From Oikopleura dioica (taxonomy: Eukaryota > Animalia > Chordata): a stretch of DNA of 64,000 bases. The position numbers and the translations under genes were made by a program. Shown here piece after piece: positions 48,287 through 60,911 of this stretch (position 1 is the first letter of the stretch; each line of letters starts with the position of its first letter). Under the pieces are notes generated by a model. It was not told the origin of the DNA, did not search any database, and was given only the letters and a program-made list of their open reading frames with translations. Where the stretch lies: NCBI GenBank assembly GCA_907165135.1, contig OU015568.1, positions 5,270,001-5,334,000 of the forward strand. The letters are read 5' to 3'.

Positions 48287-49161
48287 CGTTTTTTGTTTTG
48301 AGAAGATGAGAGATTTAGAATTTTTGTTGGAAAACTGAAGATCCGGGTTGCTGAGTTAGGTCTTACGTGGCTTTTTTAAAGATGAAAAGAATGTAGAAGA
48401 GTCAGGGTTTCATCAGATTTTCCGAATAACAAGAATCTTCCAAAGTTACCAAGCAACCTTACTTCAGGACGTTTTTGCAACCTTGGTAGAAGTAGACAAT
48501 AATGTTTGGAGAATCCATCTGAAATCAATTTCACAGCTCAGCGGAGTGACAATGTGGAAATTATTGTTGGACATAATTAATTGAATCTAACATTGATTCA
48601 GTGAATGTTGATCTTGCCACTTGCCGATTATCTTCCTCCTTTTGAATTATTCATTTTTGATTAAAAAAACTAGGTCTCCATTTCTCGAAATGAAGGTTGC
48701 TAAAAATTGCTTGACTAAAGAAATGAAAAATTGTTTTCTTCAAAAATCATTGGCCATCTTTTTATTGACCATCTTTGGCCTGTCCTTTAAAATTCTGCCG
48801 TCAAACTTGGTCTTTGAGAAAAATAAGCGTTCAAATCGACAAAGACGAAAGTAATTCTTTTGACTTATTTTCCTCAAAAATAGGTGAGCCAGGATCATTT
48901 GTTCTGCTACTTTATGACAGTGACTCTCATTCTGTCAAATTAAATTTGGATCATTCCAAATTGAAGGTCGCTCGGGTACTTTTTTACACGTAACCGAGAG
49001 GAAACGGCGATGCGCGTCGATTTAAAAATTCATCCTCTAGCACGGTCAGTGGTTATTAATGCTGCGCTCTTTTCTTCTTCACTTTTGATTCGAATCAAAT
49101 ATAGTTGTACCTACTTCAAACTTTAGATTTCGACAATCTCGTTTTTCATAAAAGAGAAAAA

Positions 49162-49544
49162 ATGTCGCATTCATACAGAGAATTTAGCGCAAACTTGTTG
49201 ATTTTCCTTTTTCGTGGTGCTTTTTCGGAAATCTGCGGTAGAAGATCAAAGGCGTTGAGTAACTACTGCCGAAGCAATTTGTGTCATCAAGTAAGTACTC
49301 TTCTTTGGTCCAAGATGTTCAAGATTGATTCTAGTGCAAATACATCGTCGCTTCAAAGCAAAGCTCCAGCCCGTATACAAGACCTTGTATGGAGTTATTG
49401 AATCAAAAGTGCTGCTGTAGTTTGTACATGGGATTCAACGGTCTTCATGGGTCGGTTCAGTGCGTCGATAAAAGGACGATTTTAGAAAGGAAGGACAGCA
49501 AACTTATCGAGATTTTTATGAAATCAACGAGGAAAATAATATGA
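49162..49544 (+). CDS. Small Cys-rich protein (112 aa). Exons 49162-49290 and 49335-49544
   Basis: A 44-nt GTAAGT...TAG intron joins YCRSNLCHQ to CKYIV...PCMELLNQKCCCSLY...QC in frame, giving 9 cysteines. Confidence 0.4.
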
Positions 49545-49646
49545 CTCATACAGTATGATTCATACTAAATCACCCATATGACCATATAGCCCTAACCCTA
49601 ACCAGAACTTTAACACCTTATCAAGGGGGACCCCCTTAGTCTAGTA

Positions 49647-50142
49647 CAGGGCTGGATATTTTGAAATCAGCAAAAATTTCAAATCAATTTTTGTGTGAAA
49701 TCTCATTTCTATCTCAAAATTTTGCACCATCTCAACAAATCTCAAATTTCAATATTATTGCAACTCCCTCGTCATAATTTTTTCCATTCTTGAGATTGCT
49801 GAGATCTCGAGATCTCAAATCTCAAAATTTTGCAAACCGCGCAACGGCCGCGGACAAACGTCGCGGGCTTAGAGCAAGATTTGTGATTGGTTCAGATGGA
49901 CCTGAAATGCTTGAGATCTCAGAATTTCAAATTTCATTTCATTGCAACGCGCGTATCCAACTCACGCAGTTTTCTGAGATAATTGAGATCTCAGCATTTC
50001 AAATATCATTTTTTTGCAAAATCGAAAATTGAGATCTCAGACAGAAAATTTTCTGAGATTGCATTTTTGAAATGGATGAGATGATGATTCATGTTTTTTT
50101 CGGGGTTTGAGATTTTTGTTGATTTCAAAATATCCAGCCCTG
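49647..50142. mobile_element. hAT-type MITE
   Basis: TIR CAGGGCTGGATATTTTGAAATCA / TGATTTCAAAATATCCAGCCCTG and an exact 8-bp TSD GTCTAGTA; internal GAGATCTC repeats. Confidence 0.93.
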
Positions 50143-50467
50143 GTCTAGTAGCAGTAAGATTCCATCAAATCCGGTTTTCCGATGCGAAGCCCTTAATTTT
50201 CTCTCTACTCGTTGATGTAACTGATGTCCAATGCTGACGAAATATGTCAAACTGCTAAATATTAAGAAGCTTCTACTTTCTTTCAAAGATATAAAAGGCT
50301 GTCATGAAGTTTTCTTATAAATAATCAACCGGCAGTCTGCTATCCTAAACAGCCCCACTTATCCAGATCAGAATCTTCCAAGAATCAAACAATCTGACAT
50401 GTATCGTTTGGAGCTTCTAAATCTCAGGTGAATTATCTTTCCCTGCATCATTTATTGTCCTTACAAG

Positions 50468-50911
50468 GCTTTTATAGTGCGAACACGCCACTTTTCAAAG
50501 AAAACACTTGCGAAGTGGAGCGTGTCGATTTGCGCGAAGACGATCAAACAGGCGGAAACGCGTTAATAAAACACTTGAACGTCGTGACGCTCGTCTATGT
50601 TCCTATCGCATTTGTGTGCCTGATGGTGGTTGTTCTGCTAATTTTCCATTCATACTTGACTAGGTAAGGGCTGACAGATATTTCCTGAGTTTTTTCGGCT
50701 CTTTTCTTTCTACATTAAAAAATTTATCCCTATGCTCAATATTTCTAAAATTAAAAGAAAATCGCAGATTTTTAATTTTTATGGTTTATATTTTAGGTCG
50801 AAAGGCAGCAGATTTGAGCGTCTGAAAAGCTCAAAACGAAAGAAGCCCGACTTCCTACCAATCGAGAAGCCAATTTCTGTAGAAAAACCACAGTCAGAAA
50901 CTGATGAATAG
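50468..50911 (+). CDS. 3' exons of a single-pass membrane protein; 5' part unresolved
   Basis: TM segment VVTLVYVPIAFVCLMVVVLLIF, then a GT-AG intron (50664-50796) to a basic tail ending ETDE*. Confidence 0.45.
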
Positions 50912-51973
50912 TCTTTTCTGAATAGAGCTTCTTTATAAAGTTTAGTTTTTTCTGAGCTTTTAGGTCTGTAAACAGCAAATATATTTATTTAATCAAAAAA
51001 GAATATCTTTTTACGATGAACTGAAACCATAAATTTTATCAAAATTACGATTTATTTATATTTTTTCATATTTAAGGAATAAATGGATCACTAACATAAT
51101 TTTCATAAATTTTTCCAATAATGAACCCGATTTTAAGAAATATGAGTTTCCTAAAATAAAAAAGTGCCCAAAAAGCCTCAAATCTAAGGTCAACCAGGTG
51201 ACACGAACAATGCCAAAAGAAAAAAAATGTCGCCAGCCGCCACCTTGAAATAGTTTTCGGTCAAGTCCTCACCCTTAATCCGATTTTAAAACGACCAGCT
51301 TTTCGAAAATTCGAAATCGCATCTCTGCGAAAGAATTTTTTTCCGTTACCGCAAGACGCGCAGTAAGCCCTTTCTAGCTGCTATTTTATAAGCAGTTTAT
51401 GAGTAGAGCTGGTAATGAAACTTGAAATTTTTTCATTTTTTGAAATTTAAGTCGAAAAAAATAAATTCAATTCCAATCAATTCTGCTTCGAAAACAAGCA
51501 ATTCTCAATCCACGAAAACTCGATTTCATACCAAACAAAAGCGATTTTTCCAAAAACAGAAATCAATGTTTATTTCCTTCTTTTTTCTTCTTCCACTTTG
51601 AAAATTAGCCTTCAAGCATCTCGTTTGCATGTGTCAATAAATATCATCACTCGAGTGAACTTTCAAGAAACTAATTGAAATTGGCTAAATAGCAAATGCG
51701 CTTTGTGAAAGTAAATTAGCAAAGAAAAAAGGGTGAAGATGAGAAAAAGAAAAACGCCGATTTCCTGTCGAGGAGTGAGAAAAAGAAACAGGTGACGGTT
51801 TGAAAACAACACTTGTTTTCTCTTCGCAAATACTGTTCTTCCCGTTCCTCCCTTTTTCCAAACGATGAAAATCGACAGTTTTAGCAGCTTCTAATTTTGA
51901 TCACAAGAGAAAAGGGAGAAAAAAGGAGGTATTAATTTACCTACTACCGGTATCAGGATCGAAAGCTTGGTTC

Positions 51974-52138
51974 CGTAGCCTGTGTCAAAACCTGAGTCAG
52001 GGTCCAAATAGAGCTCTGCTGACCAAAAAAGCCGCGCAGCGGCTTTAAAAACAAGAAGCCACAGCGCGGTTTTTTTGGCCAGCAGATTTTTTTTTGAGCT
52101 TTTTCAGGACCCTGACTCAGGTTTTAACACAGGCTGCG
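51974..52138. mobile_element. MITE with ~32-bp TIRs matching the 47-bp satellite unit
   Basis: CGTAGCCTGTGTCAAAACCTGAGTCAGGGTCC ... GGACCCTGACTCAGGTTTTAACACAGGCTGCG; the interior is also self-complementary. Confidence 0.85.
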
Positions 52139-52667
52139 AGAGTCAGTTTACGTATTTGTGTATGTTAATATTGGAATGTTTGAGACAGATGGCAATTTCC
52201 CAATGATGAGCCGGCATTAATTCCAACTCGTATTGTGTTGGATCTAAAGATAGATAAATTTAGTCAAGAGAGAAATTAAGGATGCAGGGCAGAAACGATG
52301 ATATACGTGAGGAGGGCAATATCCGGGACGTGCGTTTTACCCTTGAGAGAAACTCCACAGCGATAATCTCCTCGTTCTCTTCCCGGATTTTGTTTCAATT
52401 TTTTTCTGGCTTCGGGAAAATGCCTACTTATCTTCACCTGGTTAGAACTTGAGTACGCCAACAATCAAATAGAGAATAGAGGCGAAAAAGAGATTTAAAA
52501 ACCGAATCGAACCAATTGATAACTGATGAAAGCCGCGTGCGGCTTTTTTAAGTACCAAAAAAGATAAAAATAAAAAGCCGCATGCGGCTCTTTTTCAAAT
52601 TGGTCGCTCAAAGTGAGCTTTTATTTCGAAAATTGAAAATTATAGAATTAGCCGCGAGCGGCTTTAA

Positions 52668-53349
52668 GGGTATAGTCATCGATTTTGGTCGGGTCTCCAA
52701 ATTTTAATCTGAGCACATTTTTAGAATCCCCATAAAATTCTGAGCAAAAAACTCCTTAAGATTATTTTGGCTATCTTAACGCATTTGGCCGCAAATTGCG
52801 TTTGAAAGTTGTGAAATTTAGTGCATTTTGACCATTAGCCGAATATTTTGAAATTTTGACCATTTTTAGGGGCTTTGTAAGGGTGCCATATAATACATTT
52901 TTAGAAAGCTTATATTCAGGGCGTTTATTTAGGACCACCTAGGGTAAATTTGGGCTATGCCCGCAGGGCATTTTATCAAAGTGAAAGGTCAAAATTTGGT
53001 ACCTTGGTTCTTTTAAAAATTTTCCAAAGAAAATTTTATGATTACAGTACAAGGCTGTGTCATTTTTAAGATTAGGGTCTATATTTTAAGAAAAAAACAT
53101 AAAATCAATAGGTTTATATGAAAACTTTGGACTTATAACGCCTTGAAAAGAGGCTATTTTCGCGTTATTTGGCCGAGAGCTCAACTTTGAGCGATCCGCA
53201 AACCATGATTCCCTTGGAAATAACGTAAAAGGCTGTGACAAAAGTGAGATCTAGGATGGATCTTTTATATGACCTATTTAAGAGCCTCTCACATATTCCA
53301 AGTCCCGAGTTATAACCCCTTGAAATCGGCCAAATCGACGACTATACCC
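52668..53349. mobile_element. TTAA-flanked GG...CC non-autonomous element
   Basis: TTAA|GGGTATAGTCATCGATTT ... AAATCGACGACTATACCC|TTAA. Confidence 0.88.
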
Positions 53350-56180
53350 TTAATATTGGTTTTCTTACGACAGAAGCCGCATGCGGCTATTTTTCAAAAG
53401 AAAATTTTGACGAGAAATGTTTCTAGAATGTTTTTGGGATAATTTTATTTCCAGTCATTTGCGCTCAAATATAATTCTTAAACTCCAGCTGCACCAGCAC
53501 CGATTTCTTTTCATCGTGGTGGTGATGGTGTGTGTGTGCACCTGCTGGCTCTGGCCCGAGCGCCCTTGACATTGAGACGGTGGTGCCGGTGCTGGGGCGG
53601 CGGGCTGCTGTGCCCCACAGCGATTTGGTGCTCTCGTGGCTGGACGGCAGGGCGGCCGTTTTTTGGGGTCCCTCGCTCAAAATCCACCGGCACTAGGCAC
53701 CACCTCCACACACACACACGCATACTCGCGCAGACACATTTACACTCACTCCTCCTCCACAGAAGTTAAACGCACACTTAACTTAATTTCACTAGTGATA
53801 CAGAGCGCAAAAACCTGACAGAGCGGAAAATATATTTGACAGTTGCCCTTATTCCACAACAAAAAAAAGGAAAGAAAAAGAGAAAGAGAGAGAGAAACCG
53901 CGAAAAAGAGGAGGAAAAAAAAGATAGAGATAATAATCACTCCTCATTTTTGAAAAAAAAAATCAATGATCTTGGATAGGGAGCCCCTTAAAATGAGTCA
54001 GAGATTTAAAATTAAACATATTTTCTTTCCAAGAAACACAGAATAGGATTCTCTCCAATCTTAGGCAATAAAAATCATGAACTCGGCTGATCGAAAATCA
54101 CCGTTTCCGCAACTCAACGTAATAAATCATCATTAGAATTATGATCGTTCCCCGGTCCGCCCTCTTGAATAAAGATTTACCAAATCTAAAGACCCCCTTA
54201 CCTCTTCCCATACCCCGATTTAACCCTTTATAAATAATAAAGCAAAGCTTAAAGGGTGCGTACGCCTCAAAATCGACTCTTTTTACCCGGACAATCGAAA
54301 TAAAAACAGATCGATATTTCTATCCTATTTCTATCTTCCCGCCTCTACGACATACAGACATGAGAAAAAGGGGCCCTGTTGTTAAATAGAAGGGGAGTCC
54401 CTTAGGCTTCCTGAAACAAGAGCGAGAGAGAGGGTGAGTTAGGAAAGAGACAGAAAGAGAGGGAGGGATGCGTCAGCCGCAGTTTTGTAACGAGCCAAAT
54501 CAGCAAGGACCTAGGCGCCTAGCATCAGATCACCTTTTTTCCTAGAACCCTCTCTCTCTTTCTTTTTCCCTGTTTTTCGAAGAGAAGATGAAACGATGAA
54601 GAAAAAGAGATAGAGAAAATATTTGGCAGCTACGGTTTACGTACTCATTTACATTCTTTAAGACGGTGGCTTAAATTTCCTTATGGAATGTAAAGAAGTA
54701 TGTGAAAGTGGTAATGCCTTATTCGACGATTCTGGAGAGATTACCAATTGGTCAAGGGGTTTGACCCCGGTTGACCCCGGCTGACCCTTTTCAAACCACT
54801 TAAAGAAAACCACTTTATGATTTCTTATTCATGATTTTTATTTTTTTGTATGAAAATTCTTATAATTAATTATATAAGATTATTATTACTTGTATATCTA
54901 ATACTGTAATTGGTAAAAATTGATCATAAAAGCTCATTTTTTGACCTCAAATGACCTCACGTGACCTCAGATGAACAGAAGTCCTCATATAAACATGATT
55001 TTTACGGATAAATTTATGATAGTTATCAAGATTTTCGAATCTATAAAATTACAAATCAACTATTCTATTTGGCGCTAATATGAAGCTATCAAATGCGTCA
55101 CGTGTCTTCTACGGCCTAAAAATCCGCTAGCTATCGATTCTTAGCTCCTCTGGGACCGACAAGTCGAAATCACAGTATAAATCCCATCTTCAATATTGGC
55201 CGCCTTCCAAACTTGCAGAGAAGGAGCTTTATCTTTATGTTAAAAAGTGCCGGCTAAAATTAAAAAAATGATAAATACCAAATTGGCAGGAGCGGCTTGA
55301 GCCTATTGATCTTTTTATTTATATTGTAAATAAACGCTACATTATCGTTGTATAAACATATATATCAATTGCTAGGGATGCCAGATTTGTTGTATATATT
55401 GTTGTTTAAACTTTGAAATGCCGGGGCTAAACACGTGGAAAACCAAGAAGAAAAAACGTGACAATCGCCTTAAAATCAATCAAAGGTCAAATTATCCATT
55501 CCAAAAAAAGGGATTGAATTAAGGGGGTCACGGGCGCAAACGAAGTTTTTTTAGGGTTAAGGGTTAGGGTTCGTACTTGTGTTTGGGTAAGATAAAATAA
55601 GTAATTTGAAAATAAGGGTGTCAAAGCCTTATTTCAAAAATTAATTAAGGGTGTCAATATGATATATTTTTGAAAGAGTCTGCTGAAAAATGACTATAAT
55701 ATTTTTTTAAATGTGAAAATTCATTGATATCTCCCCTTAAAAATAAATGAAATAGCCTTAAATTCAAGGAACAAGAAGATCTTATATCAAAAAATACCAC
55801 ATGCGTCTCAAGATGTTGTTTCGCCATGTCGTTAATCACAATTTCTAAAAAGTTATCACAATAAAAATCGAGAGTCAACACAGTTTTTTTGTTTTGGCTT
55901 GGTGCCAGGCGCGCGCCAATGGGTGATAAGAAGCATGTAACAGCAGGTGCTCGATGATGCCAAAACCGGCCCAAGTTTGTTATCACATCACGGCGGGAGC
56001 GCTCTATCTGCGCGAAAATGAGCGACACGAACAACGAAATTTTAACGCTTTTATTTCTCTTTAATTATGATAAAAAAATTTGGACATGCTGATAAAATCA
56101 TAAGACAAAATAAAATTTTAAAAATAAGTTTTATTTAAATTTATTAAAAAAAAGAAACAGAAATAAAAAAAAACGGCTCA

Positions 56181-59100
56181 TCAATCTTTTGACGATGAAT
56201 TTTTGATGAGCTCATTGGCCTCTTCTTCAGTGATGATTCCATCTTTGACGGCGTCAGAAAGTCGGACCTGGTTTCCATCTGAATCTTCAACAAAAAGTCG
56301 GTGACCCGCGATTGGCCGGGAAGAGTTGTCCTTGTTGTCTCCAAAGGAATTTTCTCTAGAACAGATTTATGAAGACCACATTTGTTAATTGGCTAAAAAA
56401 GATTCCAAATTTATGAATTTGCGGGAAACGATTCATTAATACTTTTATGTTTCTTTTCAAAACGCCATTTGAGCTCGACTGTTTATTGATAAATACTGTT
56501 TCTACTTCTTTACTCACAGTGATGATGTCAAAATCGGAGCAGCAGCTTCTTGAGTCTTTCTTTGTCTTCTTGGTTTTCCTGGCGTCATTCCATCCACAGT
56601 GCTTTTTCCAGTCGAATTCGAAAGATCAGCTACTCGAAGAGGAGAATCTGGAGTCGGGGTTGCGAGAGAAGATCGAAGGGATGAATTTGCAGAGGATGAA
56701 GGTCTGATGGGCTGAGGTTGGGAATTTTTGGAAGGCAGGCGGAGGAATAGATCGCCTTCTTCGTCACTCGACGCGTTTTCTAGACAAAAAAATCTGAGCA
56801 CCATAAACTCGATTGAATGAACAAGCACAAAAATTTAAGGATTATCAATACATGCAAATAAAAAACTTCATCATAACTCATTTTATAGATTATTTCCTCA
56901 TATTAAATACCTAATAAAAGCGAATATGAGCATTTCCTCTGTCCTTCCACAGTCAAATCCTTGAAAAGTCCATTTTTGATCGCCCTCTTGATCTTCTTAT
57001 CCCAAACATCTGGATTTTCCAAAAGTTTCTTTGCCTTGACCGAGTCAAAATTGAGCCTAAACGGCACCCGGTGGTCAATTATTCCCCCAGTCGCCAGCTG
57101 AATTACAATTTTTTTATCAAATCACAAAAAAAGGGAGCATACCTGAGCGTCGATAAGTTTTAACGCGTCTGCTTCGCGCATTTGTTTCTTTTCTAGAGCT
57201 TGGAGGAGGGAGATTTGATTGTCATCTTCGTCAACTTCAGCGCTAGAATGACAAATAAAGGGCTCTTTCTCGGGTTTGAAAGGCTCACCCATTGATGATT
57301 CTTGAGGTTCTATTGAAGCCATTCTGCATATTCGCCGGAAATCTATCTACCTCCACGGAACCCGGAGCACAGGCAATTTGCGAGTTGACCATGTCTTTCA
57401 GCACCAGATTCGAAACCTCTCCTTGTTTTAGCGCTTCTGGCCACCTGAGCCGCTCTTGGTCCAATTTGACGCCAACCAAGGGCCGACCATATTTGCGAAG
57501 AGCGATTTTGATCGGATTGAGAACTGATTGCTCGAAACTGTATTTTGGTATTTTCCCATTTTCAATTTCATCGACGATTTTTTGAGGGAGGAGATTTGCA
57601 TCGGCAAGGTCTGACAAGGAGAACTTCTTTTCGATGTCTGAAGTAAGCAGAGTCATTATTTCTTCTTTTGACATCATTTCCGGCTCAGCATTTGCAACTT
57701 CTGGATCATAAACGAGCACATTTGCTCCGTCCTTCAGAATTCCTCGCCGAAGAAGAGCAGAGTACGGCATGTTTTCTTTGGTGTTGACGTCGGTGTAGCC
57801 GTAAGAATCGCGATCTTCGAGGCAGTACTTGACGTAGTTGATGACTTTTTCGTCGAAATAATCAGATAAGTGATTGAAAGGAACTCTAAAAAAATTAATC
57901 GGGCAAGTAAGCTTAAAAAAAATTGCACACTATAAAAGTAATTACTCAAGCCTGACTCTACTTTGAAAAATATTAATATTGAGAAGTTTCAAGAGAGTAA
58001 TGGTATTTTTGAAGTACCTAAAATTCAATTCTGGATGAATTAAGCCACCACAAGCCATCTGCAACCTAACTAATCTTTCTAGTCGAGCCGATCAAAATCC
58101 AATTTTTGTGTTTTTTGGAGAGTAGACAAAAGCATCTTTATCTTTTGATTACTTCAAATAAAAAATTATACATCTTTTCTTTATTTTCTTTGTCTAATTT
58201 TATGTTTCTATGTTAAGTTTATGATCGGTGCCTAAGTGTGGATTCTGCGTTTTCTTTGAGCTTTTTATATGATCGATCAGGGTTTGATCGTCTCCGTGGG
58301 CGATGATCATGGCTCTGGACAAAGCAGCTTTGTTGACTTCGGATAGGAAGCCTTTCTCAACAGCTTGATCGACATCCATTAAGTTTTGAGGATCATGTGG
58401 GTCGAGAAAAGCTCCATTCGCGGCCTGAAATATTGTAGAAAATGCGCAATTTTCGACAAACCTGAGCTTCCAGAAGCGCTCGTGCTAACCCGGGAGTAAC
58501 GATCTTTTCCTTCGCTGCTTGTTTGATAGAAATACGCTCGCCAGTGTCTTGCTTCCAATATCCAACGATTGGCAGCGGGTTACCATGGGTAAATTGCTTC
58601 GTCAGCTCTTGAAGCTTTGAGAGCGGCTCATACCCGTCCAAGAAGGGTTGAAGCTTTGAAAGTTCGAAGAACGGGAGGAGGTGTCTTTGATTGAATTTCA
58701 AAAAAAAACGAGTTGATTTTCTATTTTTTATTCATGAAATTCTTCCTGAGGGCACATTTTTTTCTCCATAAAGTCTCCAAGAAAATTTCGTCAAGCTCCA
58801 TCGATGGTCCCACTTTTTGACTTCTCAAAAAAGGAAATTTCAGTTCGACGTTGAAATTCTCAATTTTCACACTTCTCCAACTGCAAAAACTCTCATCATC
58901 GTTCATTAGATCGTAGTAGCTCTGGGAAAAGCCCCGGCAAGATTGGACTGAGAGAAAAGGGCCGACCAGATTGTGCTTTAATTCATCAGCATAAATTTCT
59001 GACATTATCTGATCTTCAATGGCGTTTTTGAGGCAAAGTTTGACCCCGGTTTTCGGGTCGATTATTCCTCCTGTGAGCCATTGAGCTTCGAAAATCTTCA

Positions 59101-60250
59101 AGGCCTGGGATGGAGAGAGTTTTGAAAGAGACAACATTGAATTCAATGATTTTTTATTCGGAGGAAATCCGATTGTACCTAAAAATGTTACTCATCCTCT
59201 TTCGAAAGGGTCCTTACTGTTGATGTAAATTTCGAATCGAGAGTCATCCACAAAACCGGGAAAATCTTTTGGAGGAATTAGGGTCGCACTCGTGAAATCG
59301 TCATTGAATCTTCAAAAAGAACGTCGAAAGCATAGAATTATGCGAATCACTTACTGTGCGAAGATTCCACTGGCGATTGCCCTGCTTGTCAGCTTTTTTA
59401 CAGTTATCAGATTGAACTTCAAGACCGGATAATTGAAATATGATCGAACCAGATTTCTAGCTATTTAGGCCTTATCGTCGCCAAAAACTTGACAAAAAAA
59501 TGAAATGAAGCTTTTGTATGAGCAATATCTGAAATCAATGTGAATCCTTAAAATGCAACTTTAAAAGTTTTTTAGCAAAGAGAAGCCTTTCGTCAAATCT
59601 ACAGTAATTAATCATATTTTTTGATAAGCCATCAGTGACGACTGTTTCCTGAAAATACTCTTCTTCTGAAATAAACTTGCCATCTCTAGCCTCCTTCAAT
59701 CCAACATATTTCTGCAATTTCTCCAAATAGAGACCATTAATCGAGCCTCTCGTACCAACGATATAATCAGCCACAACTTTCGGATCATCAACATCTATTT
59801 TTCCGTCATCAAGCTTCGATAAATCAGCATTAACTCCCCAGGAAGTCGTAAAGGACGGGTAGTCTTTTCGCTTTTCAGCTTTTTCTAGTTTCGGAAAGTC
59901 GGAATATTTTAATGTTCGAAACTGACGAATTTTTATCTTCGTTTTGAATTCTTTTTGCGGGCCGAAAATGCCGAGTAAAAAGAAGCATCGTAAAATTTTT
60001 GTATTATTCAAGTTCAAGTTGCTTCTCCAGGGCTTTTGATAAATCGTTAAATTCGTCAAAAAGACTCGCTAACGAACTTTTTCAATAGATTGATGACGGC
60101 AAAGAAAGAGCTCGATTGGAAATATTCAATTTGTTCTTACCCTTTTCCGCAATAAAAATTTAACCTATTCACGCTGAAGAGTAATTTATGGCCCTGCCTG
60201 TGGTTTGCTCGAATTCCACTTTGTCCTTCGGGATGCAAATTAGCCTGAAA
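56181..60250 (-). CDS. Plakin-family plectin-repeat-domain protein, multi-exon; 5' end uncertain
   Basis: Repeated plectin-type motifs: LTGGIIDPKTGVKL, ARALLEAQ/AANGAFLDP, LATGGIIDHR, SINGLYLE, IAGHRLFVEDSDGNQVRLSDAVKDGII. Confidence 0.8.
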
Positions 60251-60911
60251 TCATGGATGAAAATACCCTTTTTTGATCAAGATTTTTCTGAGAATTTGGC
60301 CAAAATTCTTGATTAACTGGCTAAAATGTGGCTAAAAAGATATTCCTTTACATAAAATCTTCAATTCTAACTTTTTTTAGCAGAATTATTGGCATAAAAA
60401 AAGGAGAAGCTCCAAATTCACAAAATACCTGGGCATCTTGGATTTGTAAAGTTTTTCCCTTCTTAGATATTTTCTCTCTTTGCTTGATTATTTATTGTTT
60501 TCGCCTTTAACTGGCGAACAAGAAAATCATAAGGCTAGATAGCAAATTATTCGGACAGATAGCAAACGAATGAGATCATTTCGTTACGACCTGGAGGAGA
60601 GTTTTATGATGCCCGCGCCTTGCCGAAGTGTAGTGAGAAATACAAATCTCGACAATCTAAACTGTTCTCGTATTTTTTATTCTTGTTTATTATTCATGAT
60701 TGTTACCGAACTGTACATAAAAAAGCATTACAAATTCAAATTTGAAGACATAATCAATGTCTAATCACTTTCAATGAATTACTTGTTTTTCAACGGAAAA
60801 AAGGCCTTCTTCGAACATCATCCGCTGTATCGACTGCATGAATTGAAAAGTATGTACATAAGTTCCATCTAAAATAGATTTTAAAACTTGTTTCTCATTC
60901 ACTTTAAGTTT

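Noticed and set aside
53465-53818. GC-rich ORFs with a poly-His tract
   Set aside because: All frames are short and low-complexity (CA repeats) with no domain; may be a UTR or regulatory exon, so not called.
55550-55570. TTAGGG telomere-like units (also CCCTAA at ~49590)
   Set aside because: Only 2-3 imperfect units; not an interstitial telomere.
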